From positions 3,670,829 through 3,734,828 of the forward strand of contig CM074807.1 of the NCBI GenBank assembly GCA_037447605.1: a stretch of DNA of 64,000 bases, written 5' to 3'. The position numbers were made by a program, and so were the translations under genes. Position 1 is the first letter of the stretch. Every line of letters begins with the position of its first letter. Under the pieces are notes generated by a model. The model made no database searches. It was not told the origin of the DNA and saw only the letters and a list, made by a program, of their open reading frames with translations. Shown here piece by piece: positions 30,194-42,446 of the stretch. The stretch comes from Zygnema circumcarinatum SAG 698-1b (taxonomy: Eukaryota; Plantae; Zygnematophyceae).

Positions 30194-31264
30194 AAACGTT
30201 GAGAGTTCATGATGTCTTGAAATGTGTATAGCTTGTACGTGTCAATTGACGCACGGGGGCTGCTTATGTGTGGTCTATGCCTATGATAGTATTGTGTGGC
30301 TGCGTTCAAACAGCCTATAATCCTGCGGGAACTTCAGGAAGCCTTCGCGATAGAAAGGTCGGTGTATAGCATGCAACTGCATGTGCAGACATGCACATTG
30401 TACAGATTCAATGAGTGAAGTTCGTGGTCCGCCCACCCATTTCATCGATTATTTCTGCGCTGATTTGCGCCATCTTGAAGCCTGGGGATTACAAGGCTAG
30501 GAGGCGCATTCTTCTTTATGTGAAAGGCCCTCGGGCCCGTTTGCGCCCCCCATTCATACAAGGTGTGCAAGGCCTACAACTCATGTACTGGAAATTCTAT
30601 AAGACGCGCGTACTATTGTTTAGTTAAACCGTCTGTTCCCGCACCACATCATGTCGACGAATGCCTGAAATTCTCAGCCCACACATGCATGCCCATGCAT
30701 ACATACATCAGCCACCCATCCATCCTCGTCTCTCCGCCCGGTCGGTCGCCGCACGCAGGCCCGCCACGTCGTCGTCCGACCCATCTAGAAGCTTCGCGAG
30801 GCATAGGACGGTGCCACCGACCTACATGCAGCACGTGGCACTCTCCGTATGTTTTCGTACGGCCTCAAACCGTACGAATTTGTTCTGTACCGCAGATCAG
30901 CAATGCAGGATGGCCCTATCATCTACTGTCACGTGACATGCACGTCACGTGGCACGGTCCTACGGGCTCGTCTCCCGGGCTTTCCGCTGCGTGCTCCGAT
31001 GCGCCCCAAATCGCGCATAGGGGCACCACGTGGCAATGGCTGCGGACCGCCGGCACATGCAGAGGCTTGCAACGGAGCGGCGCGCAGAGTGGCCTTCGAC
31101 TCCCCGAGGTGAGCACACGGCATCTCTTACAAGAGCACCTGCTTAAAAATTCGTCGACCGGGGGACGTGTGACGAGGGAGTTTGAAAGAATGTTGTGACG
31201 GCTGTCACGTTTTTCTCATCTTTTTTAGCTCCATCCCCAGGTGAGACTTTGGAGGAGGGCAGCA

Positions 31265-34195
31265 ATGGCGGCGGTGGCGGCTGAATTTAGACACGGGAGG
31301 GTACGCGTATGGGAAGATGGAGAGGGTTCAGGAGGACGGAGAGGAGTTCTCAGCTGCGGGAGAGGGGGGCGGGGAAGCCATGGATTTCAAAACTGTGTCG
31401 CTGCAAATTCTATGTTTGAGAAGCCTCTCTTTGGTTGTGAACTCCTCTCCTCCCCTTTAAATAGGAAAATCTTAATGACTTCTTCTCTCCCGACGACCAT
31501 GGCGGCTATGAAAGCCCCCCCTGATAAGAGAGCGAGCGAGAAACGCAAGACAATAAGCGCGTGGCAGTATGTGATGGGAAAGCGTCGGAAGGAAAGGAAA
31601 GGACGAGACGCAGAGTCTAGAAGTGGTTTGTTAGGTAGGACGGTGGAGAAGAGAGAGCTGCTGCTGGCCCGCTTCCTGAGAAATATCGACCTCCGTTTGG
31701 TCTTCACCCGCGCAACTTCACTTCTCGTCGCACGGCTCTTGGAGGCCTCCGTTGAGGAGGAGAAGCTTCCGGAGGATTGTTCACTACAAGGGAATTGGGC
31801 GCCTGTCAAGGAGATAGGCCACGTGGCCGGCCCCCTGCGGTTGATTAAGGGGAGCATTCCCGAAGATTTTCCGCCAGGCATCTTCCTTAGGTGGGATAGT
31901 GCGTGGCATCGTTTTCCGCTATAAAATTCATCGTTACATGATTTGCTTCTGCTGGAAGTGTTCTAAGTTTCTGGAAGCCTGCAATGGACCGTCTTTTCGC
32001 ATGGACGAACCAAGATGATTGGTGAACCAGGAAGAACAACGAAATTTCAGCCAAAAACGGATATCAGAAATTAAAACAAATAAAGAAATGCCTTGTTCCA
32101 CGTCTGCCCGCAGAAACGGCCCAAACCCGTACTTTCCTCCTCTTCTTCGGCGATCCCCTTTGGGAACCGCACAGCATCACTTCCTGGAGGGAGACGGCAT
32201 GCTGCACGGCACTCACGTCAGCCATGGCGGCGTCTACTACACCAACCGCTTCGTGCTGACGGAGGGCCTCAGGATGGACATGGCTGCCGGGAAGTCTGCA
32301 TATTGGGGGGGCTTCAACGCTGACCCTGCTGCTGCGGCAGCTGGTAGATCCCTCCACTCTCTTATCACCCCCTCTCGGTCTCTCTCCCTCTCCCACTCCC
32401 ACTCTCACTCCCTCCCTTTCTCCCCCCTCCACTCACTCCTAAATGACAGCCAATGTTGACTGTATCGCAGGCTTCCTTGCCAACGTGGCGATCTCGGGTA
32501 AGCCATTCAAGAAGGTCGGCAATACGAGTGTGATAGCTCACCACGGCAAAGTGTTTGCGCTTCACGAGATGTGTCTCCCAGTCGAGGTGCTACTCCTTTC
32601 CGTATGGACTTTCCAGGACTGCTACAATTAGAACACATTATGAACTTGGGCCCGGAAGGTTAGAAACAGTCTGGCCAGGTTGATGAATTTTTTGGTGGTG
32701 ATCGGTGATGAGCGATGTTGATTGACGTCGATAGCATTCGTATTATTTTCATGATTTGAGGGAAGCGTGGATGGTCCAGATTTATTTGCCGGGGCTCGAT
32801 ACAGTCGGTGAATACGACTTTAATGGGCAGCTTGACACGGCATGCACAGCCCACCCCAAAATTGACCCCGTTACAGGTAATTCTAAAGGTCCCTTTTTTG
32901 CCAAGGATCGTAATTTGCTGTCGCTGTCTTGCCAACATCCATAGGTAGTCACCAAAGTTTGAACCATGCTCCTCACTTAACCATGCTCTTGCTCACATTC
33001 ACCGACGGACCATGCAGGAGAGTTCATCTTCTACAGCTATCAGCCGTACGCTCCCCATGTCACCGTCTACGTGGCCACTTCAGAGGGGAAAATCATTCAC
33101 CGCGCTGCTCTAGATATCGGCCACGCCGTCGTGATGCATGACTTCGGAATTACGCCAAAGTACACCATCATTGTGGACGAGGCTCTCACCATAAACCCCC
33201 GACGGCTAATAGAAGGGAAACCTCTCGTGGAGTTCGAGCCCGACAAGGGCATGAGGTTCGGAGTACTCCCAAGGTTTGGGAATGCCGCCTCTATTCGATG
33301 GTTCAATGCCGAACCTGGATTCGCCTTCCACATCATGAATTCTTACGAGGGTAAGATGGGCATTCAAGAAGGGATTTTTGCTACATGTCATGCTGTATTC
33401 TCGCAATTTGCTTTCGGACCCAATGAGGTTCAGTACTCGTTTGCTTGCGGTAGTGCAGACGGCGAGGAGGTGGTCGTGCATGCATTCCGTTTGACGATCG
33501 AGTCGAAGACGAAGCCGAATGAGCAAACGTGGGCGGAGTTCATGACGGCGCAATTTTTGGTGCCGGACGGCGAAGTGCTCACGCACCTTTATGAATGGCG
33601 TCTTAACATGACAACGGGCCAAGTTGCAGAGCGCCACCTTGCGCCCGATTTGGCAGGAGAGTTTCCAAGGATAAATGGAAACTACGTGGGCCAAAAGTAC
33701 AGGTGAGCCGGTCGCAGGTCGTCCCAACAGGCCAAGGAAATATGGTTCTTTTGTTGTTTGTTGCTGCTGGTTGTTACAGTCAATGTCCTGTCCTTGAACC
33801 CTCTCTATTGTGGGTTTTATGGCAGATACGGATACGGCTCAATCTCCGATTTGGAGACTGGGTCTAGGAAGGGAAGATACCAGTTTGGCTCCGTGGCAAA
33901 GTTCCATTTCTCGGAAGCTTTTGACCCTGTTGAAGTGCCCGTGAAGACGGAGATCCATTCATTTGGACCGAGAAGATATGGCGGGGAGGTTACGTTTGTG
34001 CCTCGGGAGAGCTCAGCCTCTGAAGATGAGGGGTGGCTCGTGACCTATGTCTATGACGAGGAGGCGGAGCAGTCGGAATTTTACGTTATCGACGCACAGA
34101 ACATGGAGGGGGAGGCAGTGGCTCGAGTCGCTCTGCCTCAGAGAGTGCCCGACGGGCTGCATGGCGCGTACGTTCAGGGGAGTTGGAAGCTTTGA
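31265..34195 (+). CDS. Carotenoid cleavage dioxygenase, copy B (tandem paralogue of copy A)
   Basis: [62 protein letters not shown]. Intron positions match copy A. Start ATG 31265 is tentative. Confidence 0.92.
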
Positions 34196-34931
34196 CAGTG
34201 GAAATATCACGTTTTGGGTTTTGGGAAAACTGCGTTTGTAGCCCTTGCGGCTTCTTGTTGCCTGTAAATAAATGATTTTCGAGAATGCGCAGAGTTATCC
34301 GTGTACATGTCTTGCTTCTTTTTTTCTATTATAGCCATCATGATGTGGCCACGATAGATGGCTATTATTGGCACTCGTGTTAGTATCCTCTTGTGGGCGT
34401 GCATGGTCTGGCTTTTTATAGCGAGATGGTTTTGCTTGTCAATGTTGTACAATGTTCCAACATTCGATGAGGGAAGGGGGTTGAATGAAAGCTCCTGTCG
34501 CAGTGATCAATTTGTAGACACATGGAGACACCTTTGAAGCATGTTCTGTGTGAAATTTTTATTTGCAACGTTTCCCCCCATTAGAAAAGTCTAAAAGTTT
34601 TCTATATATATATTTTTTTGTTTTTAAGAAAGATTACTAACAACAGAAACACCACTCAAAACAAAGTTAGACAAAAACAGAGTACACAAGGATTTATCGT
34701 TTCATTTTTGACGGCACTTCCCGCAGCACAAGCGAACGCTACTCCAAAGCATGGCTGCAAAATTTTGCATTCTAGGAACATTGTGTTTAGAGAGAAAAGA
34801 ATCGACAGCGAAAGGAATGCGATTTGAATAAGAGGGAAAAAGAAATGTTCTCTTTGCTATGCACAAATGTATGGTACAACATCCTCTTTCTACAGCTTCG
34901 CTATTTACTCCTCACAGTTCGTCCACCACTT

Positions 34932-37510
34932 TTAAGCAACCAAAGTTTTGGGCTCTGGGCTCTTCTGCTTCATCCCGAGAGCTTGCGACACCTTCTCGGC
35001 CAGTTTCTCGTCCACCTTCCTGAAGACCTCCACCTGCCGCTCCTGAAGGTGAGGCATTGCGTTCCCCAAGTGGCCTGCAATGTTCATCACGGTCTGCTCC
35101 TGCTCAGTCTCAGTCAGGAGCTCCCACAACTTCCTTGGCTGTTCGAAGTCGTCTTGGTTTCTCCACATTTCAGGCGAGTAGCGAGCAACTACTCCACCCG
35201 GATGGCTGCATGCGAGAGAAAGTTTGTTAGCTTCATTATCCAAGGTGAATGAATAAAGGCAGTTTTAAAGTGGCAGAGGAAGGACTTCTAGAAACTCTTA
35301 TAGTATGGGGTGAATTTTCTTTAACGACAGACGTAGGTTGAAGAATGTCACTCACTTGTACGGCGCAAAGTCTTCCTTTGTAGGGTCTGGCTGCGGGGTT
35401 CCCTGAATGGAGTTGGGATAGTAAGTTACTTGCCCCCCTCCATTCGCTGTTGTGTTCATTGCACCATCGCGCTGATAATTCGCGGTACTGAATGGGCACT
35501 TGTTGACTGGCACCTGCAGTAATTTATGTCACAGCACATGGAGCATGAGAGCAGGTACAAGAAGAAAGTCATTCATTCATTCATTTTCTCATTGAATATG
35601 CTCTTGAAGAGGTTCGAAAGGAAAGAGTTTTACCTGAAGGTAGTTGGTGCCAACACGGTAGCGGGCAGCATCATCGTAAGCAAAAAGACGAGCTTGAAGG
35701 ACACGGTCTGGTGAAGCTTCAATGCCAGGTGGCATGTGTGCAGGGCTGAATGAGGCCTGCTCCACTTCAGCAAAGTAGTTTTCTGGCAGTCGGTTGAGCA
35801 CCATTTTCCCAACTTCACGGAGTGGGTAATCCTTATGCGACCATACCTGTTGAGCATTCAAGAGGAATATTTAAGTACATGTCTTCTATTTCCCTTTCCT
35901 GCAACACTCTGATAAAAGACCACTCACAGTAAAGAGTTCATTAGGAGTTCAGCAAAAACGCAGAAAACGGAGCATCAAAAGCATTAAGACAAGGTCATTA
36001 CCCGACCACATACAATGTACTGCCGGGAAAACCTGCCGCATATACCTCACCTTGGTCACATCAAACGGATCGAATTTCTGCTTTGCTGCGTCCTCCAGCG
36101 GCATCACTTGCACACAAAATGTCCATGAGGGAAAGTCACCCTTCTCGATCGCCTCCACCAAATCCCTAAGCGAGTAATCCGGGTCAACGCCGGCCATCTT
36201 CACCGCCTCTTCGTGAGTCATGTTCTTGATACCCTGATCAGTTTTGAAGTGATACTTCACCCAATGCGACTTCCCTTCCTTGTTGACCCACCTAAATGTA
36301 TTTGACCCGTACCCATTCATGTGTCGGAACCCATCGGGAACTCCTCGCGGAGAGAATGTAACCAGCACTTGGTGCACTGACTCTGGAACAAGGCTCAAGA
36401 AATCCCAGAAAGAATTCGCATCCTTGAGATGGGTTTTAGGGTTTCTCTTGAGTGCGTGGATAAGGTCGGGAAACTTCATTGCATCGCGGACAAAGAACAC
36501 CGGAGTGTTGTTCCCCACCATGTCCCAGTTGCCCTCTTCAGTGTAAAACTTCACAGAGAATCCTCGAGGATCGCGCTGCGTGTCAGCATATCCGCTCTCT
36601 CCCGTCACTGTAGAGAACCGAGCAAACACTTCCGTCGTCTTCCCGACCGAGGAAAGAAACGCCGCCTTGCAAATGTCCGACACGTCACTGTTAAGAAGAA
36701 TAGGAATGAACAGCAGGAGGTAACTAAGTCAGATATCTGAAGCACATGAGAGCATTACCTGCTGCAGATTAGGGTACGGAGCGTGCCACAAAAGAAACAT
36801 CTAAACAGGCTTCGGCAATGCAGCTTCATCCAGCGGTGTGAGAAAAAGGACATAAAACTGAAGGCTAGAGCCGACCTTCGTTTGAACCAATGATCGAGCA
36901 CACAAAAGAGAGTTGATATAAAAGTCTTACTTTGTAACTTCAAACTGTCCAAAGGCTCCCATGCCCTTGGCATGCACTACTCGCTCGGGTACGCGCTCGC
37001 GATTGAAATGTGCGTGCTTGTCAAAGAAGTGGAAATCTTCCATGGTCAATGTACCAGTCTCACCAATCGTGATGCTGCGCAAGAACACAAATCATAATCA
37101 AAAGGGTTTCACTTTCAAGACGAAGTCCTGGGAATAAGGCAGCAATGAACATGTATGTCTGCTCCAGTTTGGCAGGGAAACAAACATCAAGAAATTAACT
37201 AAAATAATAAGGAGGATAAAAAAACACTTCTAGTAGCGGAAATGTCTGATGCGAACCTGGTATTGTCATCCGACACTGGGTGCCCGCCTGCAGTCGTATA
37301 CAGCGGCTGGCCATGGCTGCTGGACAAGCCATTGCTGCGCCCGTTGCCCTTATGCTGACTCTCTGGGCCCGGCATGGCTGCCTGACAGGCGACTCTCTTC
37401 GGACGGCAGGAGGCAGCGGCGGGCGATGCCTTGAGAAGAGAGGGCGAGAGAGACGCGAAAGAAGAGAGAGAGACGAGGGAGGGAGGCGCTGTGAGCGATG
37501 CCGGAATCAT
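34932..37510 (-). CDS. CAT: Monofunctional haem catalase, clade-3-like, with N-terminal transit-peptide-like extension
   Basis: [15 protein letters not shown] (distal His), [42 protein letters not shown] and RLFAY (proximal Tyr). In-frame GT-AG exon chain from ATG 37510. Confidence 0.95.
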
Positions 37511-37643
37511 GGAGGGAGGGGAGGGAGCCTTCGTCCAAAACCGCGGCTCTGAAAGGCTTGGGAGGAGGGAGAGCGGGAGGAAGGGATGGAGGAAAAGAGA
37601 GAAAGAGAGCGAGAGAGGTAGGATTTGCTGGCTCCTCCCTCCT

Positions 37644-37937
37644 TATATAAGCGCCTGGCAGACCAGGCTCAACCAAACAAGAAGCAGTACAAGGGGTATG
37701 GAGCAGAAGGGGGAAATCGCCCGATGCAGACTACTGAATTCGATCGGTTCAATGACACGGGGGCGTGGGAGGCTCGTCGAGGCGTGGCAGGCTCCCGCGA
37801 CGGCCTCTGGACGCCACGTGGCGGCAGGAGGAAGCGGGACGGCTGCCACGTAAGCCGACGATGGGCGCCACGCTGGCTGCTAGAGGACTTGGCAGGAACG
37901 CGAGGTGCCACGTGACGTGTCGGGATTCACCACGTGG
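37644..37937 (-). promoter_or_regulatory. Putative catalase promoter: TATA box plus G-box cluster
   Basis: TATATAA at ~37644-37650, about 135 bp upstream of the ATG. CACGTG at ~37815, ~37909 and ~37930, plus several ACGT half sites. Confidence 0.45.
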
Positions 37938-38808
37938 CGTGCTCGGAGCGAGCCACGGTGTTGCCGTGCTTGCTTTTGGAGGACGCGGTTGGCCGAGGCC
38001 CGGGGCTGGACAACGTGGCAAGTGGGAAATTTGCCACGTAGGAACAGGTGGCGCTCTACATGTGCCAGAACGGCGTTAAAACTGCATAACTGAAACCGCT
38101 GAACTGCAACTGATGAATCGACACTACTGAACTGAGACTGCTAAACTGAAACTGCTGAACTGGAAGTAGCACTGTAAAACTGTCCCATTTTAAAGTAACT
38201 GTGATTGCCCGCCTGGCGGGATGGCTCCTAGACCTCGCACATGTTAAACAAAACCATGCGATGTTTAATGCATGCATGGATGCGTTTGATCATTTGGGGC
38301 TCATGGATGCGACATTACAAAAACTATGAAGTAGGAAATAGCGCACACTACAGATGACGCCGCTTGTCTCCGGAAAGTTTACTTTTGTAAACACATCGAT
38401 TAAAAGTAATGCTCAAAATGAATAAAGAAATACATCAAAGACACTTTAAAAAGGGTCGCAGAGACTCTACAAACTCTACCTCGTACCCACCAATCTCACT
38501 CTCTACCTTAAACCAAGCTCAAAACAAACTGCCTCCCTACAGCAGCAATCATCCTGCCCAATGTACAAGTTGCTGTTACACCTGCCACTGACACTCCTCC
38601 ATAGCCAAATGCAGAAGCACTAAACACTAACCCCTCTGAACCCTTCCCTACAAGCCTACAACCCTCACACCCACGTCCATGTCCATGCCCTCCCCCCCCC
38701 CAACTCGCTCCCTCCTCTCCCTCCTCTCCCTCCTCTCCCTCCTCTCCCTCCTCTCGCTCCTCTCCCTCCTCTCCCTCCCTCTCCCTCCCTCTCCCTCCGT
38801 CTCCTCCT

Positions 38809-39881
38809 TCACTCGGCCGATGCCGATCCCGAGGCCGACCATCCCTGATACTGCGAGAAGGCGCAGTCGGCGTCCATGACGCCCGAGGTGACGTAATCCG
38901 CCGGCTCGCCGTCCAGGAAGCCCTTCCCGCTCTCCCCCTCGGCCGCTATTGGGTGATGGAGGAGGGCGGCGACCTTGGAGAATTCGAGGGCTCGACTCTC
39001 GCGGCCCTCCCTGTAGGTCTGTCCCAGCACGCCATGGATTGCGGGAGTGTTCTGGGAAACAAAGGGAAGCAAAGCAGAGAGGAGTGTCAGCATCCCATGG
39101 TTCACTGTCCATCAAGAATTTAGATTGAGAAAGGGATGGCGCAAAAAAAAAAAAAAAAAAACATCAAACAAAAAAAAAAAGCATCAAACTTCTCAGAAAG
39201 TACCCACCTTGACCCAGTTGAATCCAAGGCTGAAGTGGGTCTCCGCATCGTCCGGGGTCTGCAGCAGCGGGTTTGCAACGCGAATGCGCACATCCATGTC
39301 CAACAAATCTTCAATCTTGACTGTATAGAAGTCCACATCGTACGGCCCCTTCTTCTCGACAGCCTCCAGCTTGATCGTGAGCCCTCCCTCATAGTTAAGC
39401 GTGTCTCCTACCTGCATCACCGGCACCCTCTCTCCGTCCACCTCCGCCCGCGCCAAGAAGCCCTCCCCGCGTGCCGCATCCTTCCCTCCCCTCGCCACGA
39501 GGTGCAGGCTGTGGCCCTCCCTCTCCGCGTGCCATAGCAAGCCCACCTCCTTGATCCATGTCCGCACCACCTCCTTCCCGCCCTCCGTGCGGTTGTCGAG
39601 GTAGCCGGTCATCTTCATGTTGACGTGCAGGCGGCGGTCCGTGACGAGCGCGAAGGTCTTCCCGGGCTCGCCGTTGAAGTCGTAGTGCGTGCCGTGCGCG
39701 CCGACGAGGTGCGGGTCGTCGTTGACCGTCGCCTTGCACTTGCCGCCCACGTTCGTCTTCACGAGCACGTTAGAGGTGCACTGCGGGCCCTGCCCGCCGC
39801 GGTAGATGAAGCACAGACCGCCATAGGAGCCCCTGCTCCGCCCAGGGACAGTCCGAGTCAGTCTCATCAGCGCAATCCCAC

Positions 39882-39927
<46 letters not shown>

Positions 39928-40268
39928 AGGGGGAGAGGGGGAAGGAGCGTACAGGTTGAGCCACTGCCAAACGGTGCACTTGGAGGCGGACTTGCACTTC
40001 TGGCAGCACTTGTCCGCGCTCTTGCGTTCCGACACGCGGATGTTCGCGTTCAGGACCGTGTCGTCGTCGAGCGTGCCGGAGAGGTAGAACGCGGCGGTGC
40101 CGTACCCGACCAGGAGGGGGCAGTCGGAGGGAATCTGCGCACGCACGCAGGCAGGCAAGCAGGCGCCAAGGGCGGGCTCAGAGAGACTCTCTATGTCCCT
40201 CCCTCCCTCCCTCCCTCCCTTCCTCCCTACCTCTCTCCCTCCAATCGGACATCAAGAATATGGCGGTC

Positions 40269-40307
<39 letters not shown>

Positions 40308-40474
40308 CTCTGACTCACCTCGAACTTGCCCTTCATGCCCTTCCCGATGCACGGCCCCGTGTTGCACCCGTCGTTGGCGCGGTAGTCGGGGCACAGGTCC
40401 GCCGCTCCGCTCGCCAGCACCGCCAGCAGGCACATCGCCAGGCCGGTGGCGAGCATCTTCGAGGTCAAGGCCAT
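38809..40474 (-). CDS. Secreted protein: signal peptide, Cys-rich PAN/apple-like module, root-cap/LEA-related C-terminal domain
   Basis: MALTSKMLATGLAMCLLAVLASGAA signal peptide. CCQKCKSASKCTVWQW...LCFIY. DDPHLVGAHGTHYDFNG...FALVTDRRLHVN...TWIKEVG and IHGVLGQTYR...FLDG...DY...DCAFSQY match the recalled root-cap family pattern. Confidence 0.8.
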
Positions 40475-42446
40475 GGCTAACTCTCACTCTCACTTTCAAT
40501 CTCTCTCTCCCTCTCTCTCTTCTTCCTGTTATATCCCACTCTCTGTAGGTCACCTTCTCTCCCTCTCTCTCCCTCTCCCTCTCTCCCTCTCTTCCGGTGG
40601 TAGTGGCAGTGAGCTGCTGCTGCTGTCTGTGCTTACTTGCTGTGGTGGCGGCTGGCGCCCCTTTAATGGAGGCGCCCTCCCTCCCTCCCTCCCTCCCTCC
40701 CCTCCTGGCGGCGGGGGCGGCGCGCAGGGGAATCCAGCAGACGGCGCCGACTGTCGGAGATTTTCTATTGAAATGGAAGCGACAAAACTGAGATTGCGGT
40801 TTCGGATTTCTGATGTCGGAAATTCATAAACGGACAAACGGCAACGGGTCAAAGATTTGCAGGGTTTGTCGGCTGCATTCAATTAATGTTTGTCGGTTTT
40901 AGCTATTCTGTACGGTCTGTTGAAAGGCTCAGACACTACACGACAGGTATGGGATATGAGCCGTAAGATGGGCGATTTTTGTCACGTGGACGGACACCGG
41001 CCGTCGATCTGGCAGTACCAGGTGAATGCGATGAGCTGGTAGGTTTTTGGTCTTTTTCCTCACAGGCTCAGATCTCTGTTCGCGCTGGCACCCGCGGAGT
41101 GGCCTTTAGGGCCGCTTGCACACGTGGCAAGGCTGCATGCTGCTCCACTTTACAGAGATGACGAAACTCCGCTACGTGACAGGCTGTGAACCGCCCGCGG
41201 CCGTACGAAGGGTGTGCAACTTGCAGAAGCCTTCACAGGAGCATTGAATGTCGTCCGCTACGCGACAGCATGATGCGACAAAGACAGATGAGGCTGCGAC
41301 GTGAGTCACAAAACGTATCTTCGTTTTGTACTTGAATTCTTGAATGCGTGGCCTGCTCCGATTTAAAGGATTTCAACCATGGATCTGCAGTTTCCCGATT
41401 GCTCATAGAGCATGCCGGGCTGTTGCACGGAACTGAACGGCAGCATGGAGCGTGTGGCTTAGCCCGACGCCCTACGGAGCAACCGCTCCATGCGCGCCGC
41501 GGACCTCCTCGTCGAAGTGCGCTTTGGCGCGTGCGGGGGATAGCGCTCGGCTCTTGTTGTGCTTTCACGTTTATGAACAAATGATGCAAAACAAAACAAT
41601 CACAACAAGGAATAACTATGCAATTATAAATTCCTATGGAAAAAGTTATTAGGGAAATATACCAGTACATTTATAGGGAGAGATGAGAGTGGGGGGGGGG
41701 GAGATGGAGGGACGGCGAAAGAGAGAGAGCGAGAGTTGGAGAGATGATTGACTAGGATACATCTCACGTAAGCGAGGCCATCGTAAAGTTAGATACAACA
41801 TGCGCCGTATATTTATACACCGTAAAATTTTACAAGAGAAGCGAACAACTTCAATTCCTACCTTTCCTTATTTGAAGCATACATCGACCATGGTTACTGA
41901 CAAGCGAATTCGATGTATATGCATCTCATCAAGAAACCCATTTGTGCTAGCCAAGCCAAGCCAAGCCAATCCAAGCCAAGCTCCGACCCAGCTTGCATTT
42001 GAGCCTGAATTCCTTCACTTGGTTCGAGCAATTGAGGTGCCCGAGATAGCCAATCGGTGAGTGCTTTTGAGATCATTTGCATGGCGCGCGTGACATCACA
42101 GGCTCAAACCAGGAGTCTGCTGTTTTCTTAATCCGCCCGCCAACACAAACACTCGCCAATGCGCCTCATGCAATTCGCACCATGTTGTAGGCAACTTAAT
42201 TGGGGGCACAACTGCACCGCTCTTCCAGAAAAATCAACGCCTTGTTCATCAGCATCTCGGCACCTCTCCTTTCCTTTCAAGTGTTTTTGAAACCGACTGC
42301 CTCTAAACAAATCCGTGATCTAGCCACGAGGAATCACTTCAACCCATCTTCTACCCTGCATCGTTAATACCATTATTCCTCTCCCTCCTTCCCTCCCTCC
42401 CTCCCTCCCTCCCTCCCCTTCTGTCCTTCTCTCTCCCCCTTCCACC

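Noticed and set aside
41440-41495. 10-bp inverted repeat GCATGGAGCG / CGCTCCATGC
   Set aside because: An isolated short stem with no other evidence for a structured RNA.
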